The position numbers were made by a program, and so were the translations under genes. Under the pieces are notes generated by a model. It made no database searches, was not told the DNA's origin, and saw only the letters and a program-made list of their open reading frames with translations. Positions 49,033 to 58,526 of a DNA stretch of 64,000 nucleotides are shown piece by piece. The stretch's first letter is position 1; each line of letters begins with the position of its first letter. The stretch is from the NCBI GenBank assembly GCA_041649475.1, contig JBAZNA010000001.1, positions 686,594 to 750,593 on the forward strand, given 5' to 3'. Source of the stretch: Patescibacteria group bacterium (GTDB lineage: Bacteria; Patescibacteriota; Patescibacteriia; Magasanikbacterales; GWA2-37-8).

Positions 49033-50772
49033 TTACTGTTTCACATTAAGAATAACCGTCTGACCTTCGGTTAAACCGCTCTTTATTTCCACAAAACCAT
49101 TATCCGCCTTTAAACCGATTTGCACCGGCGTCTCTTTTACCTGTCCTTTATCCAGCAACTTTACGGATTTCTCGCCGGTAACCGTATCAGTGTGCACGGC
49201 GCGCAGAGGGATATACAAAACACCGGTTCTGGAATCTGTGTTTATACTGACATTAGCCGTCATCCCCGGCCGGAATGTTTTGCCGTTGTCATCAAGTTTA
49301 ATTTTCACCCGGTAATAGACAACGTCCTGGATAACCGTTGAACCGGGTTCAATGCTTAAAATTACACCGGTAAATTTATTGTCATCGCCGTAAGCATCAA
49401 GAGTGATTTCGGCGCTGTCATTTAATTTTAATTTTGGTATGTCGGTTTCCGGAATATCAACACTGACTTCGTAGTGAGGCGAAAGCATTTCAACGACGGC
49501 ATCCGCGGATGTTACCAATTCGCCGATTTTATTATTTACTTTGGTGATAACGCCGTCTATGGGCGCGCGAATGATCGCTTTATTTCTGTTGGCCACGGCT
49601 TGAGACAGCGCCGCTCTGTAGGCAGCCACGTCAACCTCGCGCGGAGGATCTTTTTTGGTTTGTAAATTGGCAAGCGCCTGATCGTAGGCCGCCTGCTTCA
49701 TTTTGATATTATTGTCAGCGCTGGCTTGGGCGTTGCTGTAATCATTGTAAGCTTTATAATAAGCAATCTCATAAGTGCTGTAACTATTCTTGGCATCAGA
49801 AATGGATTGTATTTGAGTAATTACGGTGGAAAGCTGGGTGGTCGCAGCCGTGCGCGTGGTGCTTATGGTGGTTTTTTTAGTATCTAAAGCGGCCTGGGTT
49901 AAATTGCCGCCGGACATGGTCGCCATCAGCACATCGCTGACCGAACCCAAAAGCTGGTTTGTTTTTGACAAAGCATCTTCAATCAAATTTAAGGCATTGT
50001 CTATGTCTGAATGCTGGCTATTGGTATTAAGCGGAGAAGCCGCGCTTTTAGCCAAGGCGATGGCGGATTTGGCGATCAAATAATTAGTTTGCGCGGTAGA
50101 AAGTTTTCCCGGATCAGAAGCGGCTAAATTTGATTTAAAATCGGAATTGGCAAGAGTATTATCAACTCCCAAAATATTATCTGATTGCGTCAAAGCGTTA
50201 TCAAGCACGGATAATGAGGCCTGTGATACGGCTGCAGCGTCTTTATAAACATTAGTGACAATCTGGCTGCTTTCCCCGCCTTCAGCCAGTTTCAAATTAT
50301 TTTCGGCGGTTTGCACATCCGACTGCGCCGCATTTACGGAGTTTTGTCCGTCAATTTTGGCCTGCTCCAAAGACGCCTGGGCGCTATCGGCCGCGGCCTG
50401 ATAATAACTGATATCTTGAGTGGAAGCCCCGGCTAGTTTTTGATTAAGGTTCGCTGCGGCTTGAGCAACCGCCGCGTTTAAATCAGCCATGCCCAAGTTG
50501 GCGAGCACTGTTCCGGATGTCACCTTTTGGCCTTCCGTCACCATAATTTTTGCCACTGTGCCGGGAATTTCAAACCGCAAAGCCAGATCATTATTTGATT
50601 CAACGTTACCGGTGGCGTCAACGGTTTGTTTAATATCACCCTTTACAACGGCTACGGTGTCATATTGCGTCGGCTGGTGCGATTTTTGATATTGGCCATA
50701 CCAAATCAGAGCAATCACTATAATGATAGCCGGTATATAAAATTTTTTCTTTTTCAAAAATGAGAAGTTCAT
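49033..50772 (-). CDS. MacA/HlyD-type periplasmic adaptor subunit
   Basis: VTEGQKV / IRAPIDGVI lipoyl halves, PETDI, RPGMTANV. Confidence 0.9.
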   Translation of the reverse strand: MNFSFLKKKKFYIPAIIIVIALIWYGQYQKSHQPTQYDTVAVVKGDIKQTVDATGNVESNNDLALRFEIPGTVAKIMVTEGQKVTSGTVLANLGMADLNAAVAQAAANLNQKLAGASTQDISYYQAAADSAQASLEQAKIDGQNSVNAAQSDVQTAENNLKLAEGGESSQIVTNVYKDAAAVSQASLSVLDNALTQSDNILGVDNTLANSDFKSNLAASDPGKLSTAQTNYLIAKSAIALAKSAASPLNTNSQHSDIDNALNLIEDALSKTNQLLGSVSDVLMATMSGGNLTQAALDTKKTTISTTRTAATTQLSTVITQIQSISDAKNSYSTYEIAYYKAYNDYSNAQASADNNIKMKQAAYDQALANLQTKKDPPREVDVAAYRAALSQAVANRNKAIIRAPIDGVITKVNNKIGELVTSADAVVEMLSPHYEVSVDIPETDIPKLKLNDSAEITLDAYGDDNKFTGVILSIEPGSTVIQDVVYYRVKIKLDDNGKTFRPGMTANVSINTDSRTGVLYIPLRAVHTDTVTGEKSVKLLDKGQVKETPVQIGLKADNGFVEIKSGLTEGQTVILNVKQ

Positions 50773-50777
50773 ACGGT

Positions 50778-50987
50778 TTATTTTAAATGTTTAGTGATTT
50801 GATTGATTATTTTGCGCATTTCCTTTTCCGGTATAAAAACTACCTTGCCAAAATGTTCCACCACTACAAACCGATCGCCTTCTTTCATTTTTAGTTTTTC
50901 TCTGGCTTCTTTTGGTATGACCACCTGACCCCTCGGACCGAGGTTGACGGTCCCGCAGATAGTCCCGAACGGATTGCTTGATTTCAT
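50778..50987 (-). CDS. AbrB/MazE/SpoVT family DNA-binding protein
   Basis: RGQVVIPKEAREKLKMKEGD motif. Confidence 0.9.
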   Translation of the reverse strand: MKSSNPFGTICGTVNLGPRGQVVIPKEAREKLKMKEGDRFVVVEHFGKVVFIPEKEMRKIINQITKHLK

Positions 50988-51002
50988 ATAAAAAACAACA
51001 TT

Positions 51003-51045
51003 TAAGATAAGTATGAATTATCTTACTAATCATACTACCTGTCAA
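51003..51045 (-). promoter_or_regulatory. Promoter TTGACA-17-GATAAT overlapped by inverted repeats (candidate operator)
   Basis: TAAGATAA/TTATCTTA and AGTATGA/TCATACT inverted repeats upstream of the abrB-like gene. Confidence 0.55.
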
Positions 51046-51062
51046 GAGGGTTGTCAATGGGC

Positions 51063-52517
51063 TTAGAGTTTTTCCCAATCCTGGGCCTGGGCCAGATATT
51101 TATCCTTTATTTCGGCAAAATATTTTTTGGCCGCTTTGTAATCATTGGGAAGCACGCCGTCTAAAATCGCTTCTTCAATCGCGGTTTTAATCTTGCCGAC
51201 CGTGGGCCCGGGTTTTAGTCCGGATAATTTCATAATTTCATCGCCTCTAAGCGGTGACTGGAAGGCGCGTAATTTGTCTTTTTCAATGACCTCGGCAATT
51301 CTTTTTTCCAAACGGTCGTAATTGTGCAGGCGTTTTTCCTTTTTGAGCGGATTGCCGGTGGTAATATCACTGCGGCCTAAGATCAATAAATCATCAAGTT
51401 CGTCGCCCAAGCTGACAATCAGCCGGCGCACCGCGCTGTCGGTTATCCCCTCGTCCATCAAACTGATCGGCTGTTGATGCCATCTGATCAGTTTGGCCAG
51501 ATAATCCGTATCGTTTTTGGAAAAACGCAAACGCTGGCCGATTTTATAGACCAATTTTTTGCCGACATGCTCGTGCTGATAAAAAGTCCAGCCGATTTTG
51601 GCAACAAATTCTTTGGTTTGCGGCTTGCCGATGTCATGCAAAAGCCCGGCCAATCTTAACATTGTTTTATCGGATCTTTCGGCGATATTATCAACCACCT
51701 TAAAGGTGTGCACCAAATTATTTTTATGCTGGTGGCCAAAAATTTCTTCCACTCCATCTAATTTTACAACTTCCGGCAAAACAAAATCCAATAAATGCGT
51801 TTGAAACATCATACTTAAGCCGATTGAAGGCAAGGGACAAGCGAGCAGTTTAAACAATTCTTCGGCAATCCGCTCGGCCGAAATTATTTTTAATCTTTCC
51901 TTATTTTCATATATTGACTTGAGGGTCTTGGGATCAATCGCGAATTGCAATTGGCTGGCAAACCGCACCGCGCGCATCATCCGCAAAGGATCATCGCTGA
52001 AGGTTTTATCCGGCGAGAGCGGCGTGCGCAAAATTTTGTTTTTTATATCATTTTGCCCGTCAAACAGATCAATGATTTCTTTTTTTACGACGGTCAGGGT
52101 CGGCGGTTTCGCGCCCGCAAATACAGAAACCGGCACGGCCATGGCATTAACCGTAAAATCGCGCCTGGACAAATCATCCGCCAAGGTGGCTGTCTCAACT
52201 TTCGGCTTTCTGGATTTGGCATCATATTTTTCGCTTCTGGCTCCGGCAAATTCCAAAACTATTTGTTCTTCGCCTTCGCCGATGACATACCTGGCCGTAT
52301 CAAAATCCGGAAATTCAACCAAACTCCCCGCTTCCTTCATGGCTTTGTCAAAGTCCTTGGCAAAAGCCAAACCGCTCCCTGCCACCACAAAGTCAATATC
52401 CTTTTTTTCATTTTTGCCCAGCAAGAAATCACGCACAAATCCGCCCACAATATATATCGGGGTTTTATTCTTTTTGGAGACAGTGTTGATTTTTTTTAAT
52501 ATCGCCGAAATTGACAT
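51063..52517 (-). CDS. cca: CCA tRNA nucleotidyltransferase with HD domain
   Basis: VGGFVRD, DIDF, RRDFTVNAMA, DDPLRMMRAVRF, LLHDIGK. Confidence 0.92.
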   Translation of the reverse strand: MSISAILKKINTVSKKNKTPIYIVGGFVRDFLLGKNEKKDIDFVVAGSGLAFAKDFDKAMKEAGSLVEFPDFDTARYVIGEGEEQIVLEFAGARSEKYDAKSRKPKVETATLADDLSRRDFTVNAMAVPVSVFAGAKPPTLTVVKKEIIDLFDGQNDIKNKILRTPLSPDKTFSDDPLRMMRAVRFASQLQFAIDPKTLKSIYENKERLKIISAERIAEELFKLLACPLPSIGLSMMFQTHLLDFVLPEVVKLDGVEEIFGHQHKNNLVHTFKVVDNIAERSDKTMLRLAGLLHDIGKPQTKEFVAKIGWTFYQHEHVGKKLVYKIGQRLRFSKNDTDYLAKLIRWHQQPISLMDEGITDSAVRRLIVSLGDELDDLLILGRSDITTGNPLKKEKRLHNYDRLEKRIAEVIEKDKLRAFQSPLRGDEIMKLSGLKPGPTVGKIKTAIEEAILDGVLPNDYKAAKKYFAEIKDKYLAQAQDWEKL

Positions 52518-52524
52518 AGCCCGT

Positions 52525-53559
52525 TTAAATCTTTTTATCGCGCCCCATTCTGTTTTTGGCAACCTCTTCCGTCACCCAGCCCTCTTTGAGCAAATCTTTA
52601 ATTGAGTTTTCCATTGTGACCATGCCTTCCTTGGCTCCGGTCTGAATGGCTGATTTTATCTGATTGATTTCATTGCCGCGGATCAAATTGGCTATGGCCG
52701 GATTATTTATCAAGATTTCTCTGGCCGGCACTCTGCCCCCGTCTTTTGACGGCAAAAGCTGTTGGGCGACCACGGCGCGCAACACCGAAGATAATTGGAT
52801 CAAAACTTGTTTTTGTTTTGAGCCCTCAAAAACATCAACAATACGTTCAACCGCTTCGGCCGCGCTCGGGGTGTGCAGGGTGGAAAAAACCAAATGACCG
52901 GTTTCGGCGGCAGTGAGCACGGTGGCAATGGTTTCCGGATCGCGCATTTCACCGACATATATCACATTCGGATCCTGGCGCAAAACATATTTTAAGGCAT
53001 TGGCAAATGAATCCGTGTCTGTGCCCACATTTCTTTGCTCAATCAAACTTTTTTTATCTTTAAAAAGAAACTCAATCGGGTCTTCCACGGTGATGATATG
53101 CGCCCGGCGGGTTTTGTTTATCTCCTCAATCATGGAGGCAATGGTGGTTGATTTTCCGCAGCCGGTCGGACCGGTAACCAGAATCAAACCATCCAAATAT
53201 TTTGGCATTTCCGCCAAAACCGGTTCAAAGCGCAAGTCCTTGGGGCTAGGAATGTCTGATGGAATCACCCTGGCAGACAAACCGATATTGTCCACCTGTT
53301 GATGCAAATTAACGCGGAAACGGACTTTATCTACTTCATAGCTGAAATCCAGCTCTTTGGTCTTCTCATACTTGTCCTGTTGTTCTTTGCTTAAAATATC
53401 TTTTATAGCCGTCAGCAAATCCTTGTTATTTAACTGCTTGTCATCTATTTCTTTTAACTCACCCTCTATTCTGATCATTGGCAACTCACCGCCGATTAAA
53501 TGCAAATCAGAAGCGTCTTTTTTGATCGCTTCTTTGAAATAACTCTGTAAATTTAGCAT
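52525..53559 (-). CDS. pilT: Type IV pilus retraction ATPase PilT/PilU
   Basis: ASDLH, GPTGCGKSTT, EDPIE, LRQDP..GEMRD, AETGHLV.STLH, AIANLIR. Confidence 0.92.
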   Translation of the reverse strand: MLNLQSYFKEAIKKDASDLHLIGGELPMIRIEGELKEIDDKQLNNKDLLTAIKDILSKEQQDKYEKTKELDFSYEVDKVRFRVNLHQQVDNIGLSARVIPSDIPSPKDLRFEPVLAEMPKYLDGLILVTGPTGCGKSTTIASMIEEINKTRRAHIITVEDPIEFLFKDKKSLIEQRNVGTDTDSFANALKYVLRQDPNVIYVGEMRDPETIATVLTAAETGHLVFSTLHTPSAAEAVERIVDVFEGSKQKQVLIQLSSVLRAVVAQQLLPSKDGGRVPAREILINNPAIANLIRGNEINQIKSAIQTGAKEGMVTMENSIKDLLKEGWVTEEVAKNRMGRDKKI

Positions 53560-53634
53560 ATATTTACTAAAATTTGATTAAAAACTTGTCTAAATATTAT
53601 ATACCTAAAAAAAGCGAAAAGCAACCGCCTTTGC

Positions 53635-53663
53635 TTGAAAAAATAAGCAGGATGATATATAAT
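53635..53663 (+). promoter_or_regulatory. Sigma70-like promoter TTGAAA-17-TATAAT for tRNA-Pro
   Basis: Perfect -10 and 17-nt spacer just upstream of the tRNA. Confidence 0.65.
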
Positions 53664-53674
53664 CGTTTCATTAG

Positions 53675-53747
53675 CGGGCTGTAGCGAAGTTGGTATCGCG
53701 CATCGTTCGGGACGATGAGGCCGCGGGTTCAAGTCCCGCCAGCCCGA
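53675..53747 (+). tRNA. tRNA-Pro(CGG)
   Basis: Acceptor CGGGCTG/CAGCCCG, anticodon arm CATCG-TTCGGGA-CGATG, T-loop TTCAAGT. Confidence 0.93.
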
Positions 53748-53765
53748 CGGGAAGGAGGCAAAGCA

Positions 53766-54029
53766 ATGCGTATTCCTTGTCCACGACCGCCCAGGTCGAT
53801 TCAAGATGAGGTTAAGGTTCATGAAGCAATCAGGGACGCCAAGGCCAATTCCAGGCTGATCTTCGTCGTTGAAGTCAATCCGAAAACGCACGAAGTGTCG
53901 GCTAACGCGTACTGGCCGGCTGCCCTGCCCGGATGGGAAAAGGAATATTCCCTTCTCGGGGAGCTCAAGAAGATGGCCGTTTCGGTCTGGCGCAAGGTCA
54001 GCAGGAAGCAAAACAATGCGCAAGCATAG
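53766..54029 (+). CDS. Hypothetical protein (GC-rich ORFan at the tRNA 3' end)
   Basis: GGAAGGAGG SD, ATG 18 nt after the tRNA-Pro 3' end. Confidence 0.55.
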   Translation: MRIPCPRPPRSIQDEVKVHEAIRDAKANSRLIFVVEVNPKTHEVSANAYWPAALPGWEKEYSLLGELKKMAVSVWRKVSRKQNNAQA

Positions 54030-54116
54030 CGGAGGGGTGTTCGCGAACTCACCAAAAAAGTTCGCTTTTTTGTTTAAAAAATGAGCAGTTTATAGAGATG
54101 CTCCGCTCTTTTCTGG

Positions 54117-54716
54117 TTACTTCTTCGTGGGCTTCTGGCCCACACGCATGTCCTTCACATCCGCCTCCACTCCGACCTCCAGGGTATTCGGCTTGACCGA
54201 GAAGATCTCCTCCTGTTTGATCTTCACCCCAGGCACAGTGACGGCGACAGCCGGTTCTTCCAGCATCGCCTCCTTGTTTGGGTCTTCAACGATTCTGACA
54301 AAGCGCTTGAGGCCCATCTTCTTGAGCGCCTTGATCACCGCCTTCTTGTCGCGCAGGTGCACCGAAGGCGGATTGAGACGCCATCCGAAACTGCCGGTTG
54401 GCACCTGGATGGTCTTGGTCTTGCCGCCCTCGGTCAGCGTCTCGCGGTTCGCGTCGGCGAAGATGAAGAGACCCCGTACCAGGCCGGCAATGGTCCGGTT
54501 GTGAGACGAGGCGAAGGCCATCGCCTTCTTCTGCAAGACCGCTACCCCGTCATTTAAGACATTCTCGATCGAGTTGATCTCCCTCTGCTCCGCGGCGATG
54601 CGAGTCAGTATGTTAGCCGCCTCAACCAGGTTTTCCGGAATATATACTTCATAGTCCGGCTTAGCAGGCATCTTCACCTGATGAGGTGCTTTATCCACGA
54701 TCTTTTTCTTGGCCAT
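54117..54716 (-). CDS. gam: Mu Gam-like host-nuclease inhibitor
   Basis: FADANRETL..GGKTKT..VPTG.FGWRLNPPSV, PNKEAML, GVKIKQEE.F.VKP. Confidence 0.85.
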   Translation of the reverse strand: MAKKKIVDKAPHQVKMPAKPDYEVYIPENLVEAANILTRIAAEQREINSIENVLNDGVAVLQKKAMAFASSHNRTIAGLVRGLFIFADANRETLTEGGKTKTIQVPTGSFGWRLNPPSVHLRDKKAVIKALKKMGLKRFVRIVEDPNKEAMLEEPAVAVTVPGVKIKQEEIFSVKPNTLEVGVEADVKDMRVGQKPTKK

Positions 54717-54828
54717 GATTGCCCTCCATGGGCATAATCTAGCTTATCCGCGAAATTTTAGCAAGCTGCCGACCAACAAACAAAAAAGCCCTTATGGGGC
54801 CATTTTATTTTAAAAATCAGACCAATAT

Positions 54829-55218
54829 CTAAGTTAAACCGAGAGCAGGTTTAACTTGTTTCATATCTTCCTCTAAAACTTCAACTCTGCCTTCAATAAT
54901 TCGCATATCGTGCGTAGCAATAGTGAGCTCCTGGTCTTTCTTTTCAGTTATTTGAACTAATTTATCAAGAGTAATTGAAATTTTGTTCAAATCTGTTTTC
55001 GTCGCCATATCAGCCTCAATCCGATCCAAACGCTCATCGTGTTCTAAAAATTTTATTGCTAAAAAATCAAATCTTTTATCAACCTGGTCAAATCTTTTAT
55101 CAACCTGGTCAAATCTTTTATCGTGAGCTTCTAGTTTTTTATCAATTTGGTCAAACCTTTTGTCAATTTGGTCAAACTTCTTATCGTGGGCACTGAATTT
55201 TTGTGTGATGTTTTCCAT
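54829..55218 (-). CDS. Coiled-coil protein with KRFDQ(I/V)D heptad repeats
   Basis: Tandem 7-aa repeats followed by MATKTDL; start at MENITQ. Confidence 0.7.
   Translation of the reverse strand: MENITQKFSAHDKKFDQIDKRFDQIDKKLEAHDKRFDQVDKRFDQVDKRFDFLAIKFLEHDERLDRIEADMATKTDLNKISITLDKLVQITEKKDQELTIATHDMRIIEGRVEVLEEDMKQVKPALGLT
55067..55185. repeat. 21-bp tandem repeats encoding heptads
   Basis: TCAAATCTTTTATCAACCTGG twice plus degenerate copies. Confidence 0.8.
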
Positions 55219-55260
55219 AGTTTTTATATTATACTGTGATAATAAAATTGGTGTCAATGC

Positions 55261-57000
55261 TCACTGATAACTCCTCAAAAACTCCACACTCATTTTTTGT
55301 TCTTTTAAAGCCAGGCCGATTGAACTCTCAATTCTGATAATATATTTTTCCAAGGGCTCCAAATTTTCTAAAATATCCAAACTTAGCAAAGCAGTACGGG
55401 ATTTGTTTGTGTAGGACAAAGCCAACTCCCCGGCTCGCGGCAAGGTTTTAAACCAAAAAGTTTTTTCCAATTCGGGCATATCTTTTTCCAAATCAATCTC
55501 GCCCCGCGCCAAACCAAAATCCTCTAAAAGCATAGCCACCACCGTGCTGATGTGACCCCTCTCCAAGTCCTCTTTCCAATCATGCAAGTCGTCGTTCATC
55601 TGCATGGGGATTAAATAATTTTTAAAATAAGAAATTAAATTTCTTGTTTCAGCCGAGTCCAACGGATAACCAAGCAAATACATTATCACCACACAGCCCA
55701 AAATGTGAGCCGAAGGCGGTTCGTATTTACAGGTGTAGTCGCCGAAATCCGACATAGCCGCCGGCAAAAATACTTTCGCGCCCTCGCGCTTCAAACGGCA
55801 ATGCCTAGTTTCCCAAGTGTTAGCGCCGTCAAGTTTGTCCATCAGCTCTCGGAAAAATTTTGTCATGCCCGATTCGGGCGGAAGGATGCCATTAAACAAA
55901 TAGGTAAACTCACGCGCATATAAATTCGCGGCCGGCAAAATTTCCGGCATAGCTTCTTCGTCTTCATCCCAAAAATTATCGTAAATGATAAAAGCGGTCC
56001 AAAAAAATGTGTTGGCGAGACCTAAAACCGCGATCAAGCCATCTGAAAAAATCTGGCCTTTCTCTCCCAATGCCTGCCGGAAATAATACGGCATCAATGA
56101 CATTTGTTTGTCATAATTACCAGCAACTGTCCTCTGGATTTCCCGCAAAGCGATTGTTTTCAAATCCGAGTTCAAAAATGAAAAGCGCTCTTCAGCTGTG
56201 TTAATAATTTTAACCAGCATTTTTTGCTCCTCAATTTCAGCATTTTTTAAATCCGAATCCGCATTAAGGACTGTATTTTTTATTTTACTAAGCGCCTCCA
56301 CACAAAACGCCGAAGCCAAAGCCGGACCGGGCGGCGCGGTTTCCAAAAATTTTATTTCTTCCGCAAGTTGACTCAAAGGACAACCCAAATTTATGGCTGC
56401 TATAACCGCCAAAGCCGTATTGCACAAATCATTTTTTAAAAAACTTTTATTTTCCAAAATATATGCCAACAACTTTTGCCGACTGTCGCCTTTATAAAAT
56501 TTGGAAATAAAATAAATAACAAAATACGGAGACGAATAAAGCGAAGATTTAAAATTGCCGGTCGCAATCGCCACTTCAATTAAATTATTTAAAGACGCCA
56601 ACTCCACACCCTGTAGAGATAAAAAATAGGCAATGTTCACATTTACACCCAAATCAATATTATTTTGCACACCGCTTTCCGGCACAAAAGTGTAATACGG
56701 CCCGCCTTCTTCGGATTCCAAAGAAGTAAGATGTTTTAAAATTTTGGCCAGAGCCGCACCGTCTATCAATTCCGGATCATATTCCGTTAAAGCCGACAAA
56801 ACACAAAAATTTATGCCGGCAATATTTCCAAACAGCCAATTTTCATCTTTCCGCATTAACAAATTCTTGACTGCCCTATATCTGATCATACTGGCGTCTT
56901 CATCATCAATTTTATTCAAACAAAAAATAATTAACGCCAAATTCAAAAAATTATCGCCCGTTGGCTGAAATTTTTTGAGTACACCAAAATGTTTATACAT
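55261..57000 (-). CDS. Fused terpene-cyclase-like (N) and ComQ-like isoprenyl transferase (C) enzyme
   Basis: Asp-rich motifs IYDNFWDED and QMNDDLHDWKEDL; N-half helical with ESEEGGPY and DLGVNVNIAYFL; AGGAGG SD. Confidence 0.7.
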   Translation of the reverse strand: MYKHFGVLKKFQPTGDNFLNLALIIFCLNKIDDEDASMIRYRAVKNLLMRKDENWLFGNIAGINFCVLSALTEYDPELIDGAALAKILKHLTSLESEEGGPYYTFVPESGVQNNIDLGVNVNIAYFLSLQGVELASLNNLIEVAIATGNFKSSLYSSPYFVIYFISKFYKGDSRQKLLAYILENKSFLKNDLCNTALAVIAAINLGCPLSQLAEEIKFLETAPPGPALASAFCVEALSKIKNTVLNADSDLKNAEIEEQKMLVKIINTAEERFSFLNSDLKTIALREIQRTVAGNYDKQMSLMPYYFRQALGEKGQIFSDGLIAVLGLANTFFWTAFIIYDNFWDEDEEAMPEILPAANLYAREFTYLFNGILPPESGMTKFFRELMDKLDGANTWETRHCRLKREGAKVFLPAAMSDFGDYTCKYEPPSAHILGCVVIMYLLGYPLDSAETRNLISYFKNYLIPMQMNDDLHDWKEDLERGHISTVVAMLLEDFGLARGEIDLEKDMPELEKTFWFKTLPRAGELALSYTNKSRTALLSLDILENLEPLEKYIIRIESSIGLALKEQKMSVEFLRSYQ

Positions 57001-57018
57001 ATTCCCTCCTTTTGTTTA

Positions 57019-58434
57019 TTACCCTCCCTTTTGAGTAAATTTAATTATAAATGTTGTATGCCACCGGCCGCTTCCAATATTACTTTCTACATTAATTGTG
57101 CCACCCAAATCTTCTTCCACCATTCTTTTTGTTAGGGATAATCCGATACCGGTGCCGATACTGGGATCTTTAGTGGTAAAAAATGGTTCAAAAATTTTAT
57201 TTAATAATTCCTGTGGGATTCCACAACCCCAATCCTCCACCGCCAAGGTTACCATTCCGGACTCAATTAACAAAGAAACATGGACCTTTGGTACAAAAAT
57301 ATTATCCGAGCCAATGTTTGTATAAGCATCAACGGCGTTTGCAATCAAATTAGTAACTATCTGATTAAATTTTACCGCGCTGCCAAATGTTTGTATCTCC
57401 GCCGGGGCTGTAAATTCAATGCCCACATTAAGTTTTCTACCTCGATAAGACAAAATTTGAATCACCTGCTTTATTTCTTCATTTAAAGAAAAAAGCATAT
57501 CACTACCCTGACCGCTTATCTGCCGGCGTATCGCCTCAATAAAATTTTTCATGCGGCCATTGGCTGATATTGCCCGTTCTAAATAGGATTTGGTCTGATC
57601 TAATTCTCTCAACTTATTATTTTGGGCCATTTCCATATTTAAAGAAACCGCCGCCAATAAATTAGTAAGATCATGGAATAGACCGGAAGACAAACGCCCA
57701 AATTCCGCAAATCTATAAAGTTGCCCCACCTTTTCCATTTGTGTTCTTTTGAGTTCTCGCGTACGCTCTTCAACCTTAACTTCAAGAGAGTCCCGTTCAT
57801 ATTTAAGTTCCGCTTCTGAAGATTTTGCCCGTTTAAGCGCTTTATAAATCTCCCGATTGGAAAGCCAAGATACTGTAGCGATAATTGTAAAAATCACCAA
57901 AACCATTATGGTGTCGGAAAAATTCCACCTTTGCTCTCGCCAATATTGATTGGCTGAAAAAATATTGACTCTTTGCAAATAATCAATAGCCAACATCGTT
58001 ATACCGATAATGGCCGTGGTTAAAAAGGCAAAACGAGTACTGATAAGAATACCGGATATTACTATCACCAGCACATTAATTAGAAGACCGGCGTTTACGT
58101 CCACACCGTGCTTATACTCCAAATAACTGGCCAATAAGAAAAAAGTAACCAAAAAAAGATAAGCAGAAATTTTGGGAAACCCCTTGCGGGAAAGAAAAAA
58201 GAGCAGACAGAAAAAAGCTAAAATCCCAATAACGACAAATAGAGACAAGGCATTGTTGGTGTATAATTCCGGATCAGCAAAAAATAAACCAAATATATTT
58301 ATTACAGACGCAATGGAAACTAAAACAATCGCCGCAAATAAAAGGATATTAAGAATAAACTCTTTACGCGCCTGATCTTCATTTTTAGATTTCGGTGCTA
58401 CAACCTCACGGATAATACCGCTTAAATTTCTCAT
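57019..58434 (-). CDS. Membrane sensor histidine kinase (HisKA plus HATPase_c)
   Basis: About six TM helices, H-box GLFHDLTNLL, NLIANAVDA, EDWGCGI, FEPFFTTK, GTGIGL. Confidence 0.93.
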   Translation of the reverse strand: MRNLSGIIREVVAPKSKNEDQARKEFILNILLFAAIVLVSIASVINIFGLFFADPELYTNNALSLFVVIGILAFFCLLFFLSRKGFPKISAYLFLVTFFLLASYLEYKHGVDVNAGLLINVLVIVISGILISTRFAFLTTAIIGITMLAIDYLQRVNIFSANQYWREQRWNFSDTIMVLVIFTIIATVSWLSNREIYKALKRAKSSEAELKYERDSLEVKVEERTRELKRTQMEKVGQLYRFAEFGRLSSGLFHDLTNLLAAVSLNMEMAQNNKLRELDQTKSYLERAISANGRMKNFIEAIRRQISGQGSDMLFSLNEEIKQVIQILSYRGRKLNVGIEFTAPAEIQTFGSAVKFNQIVTNLIANAVDAYTNIGSDNIFVPKVHVSLLIESGMVTLAVEDWGCGIPQELLNKIFEPFFTTKDPSIGTGIGLSLTKRMVEEDLGGTINVESNIGSGRWHTTFIIKFTQKGG

Positions 58435-58458
58435 ATGTTTATCTTCTTAATTCTTAAA

Positions 58459-58514
58459 CTAAACATTCCTCTCTCCGTAATGCAAGATAAGGAATGGAAA
58501 ATTGGAATGTTTAG
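58459..58514. repeat. 11-bp inverted repeat between the peptide and kinase genes
   Basis: CTAAACATTCC (58459-58469) / GGAATGTTTAG (58504-58514). Confidence 0.65.
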
Positions 58515-58526
58515 CCCTCTCTCATT

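Noticed and set aside
51919-52605. 228-aa and 184-aa plus-strand ORFs
   Set aside because: Antisense shadows of the cca gene.
53553-54023. 156-aa minus-strand ORF and the 53715 start of the plus ORF
   Set aside because: Both overlap tRNA-Pro; the SD-led ATG at 53766 is the plausible gene.
55067-55185. Direct repeats as a possible CRISPR array
   Set aside because: Tandem in-frame 21-bp coding repeats without spacers; no array or cas operon was seen in the window.
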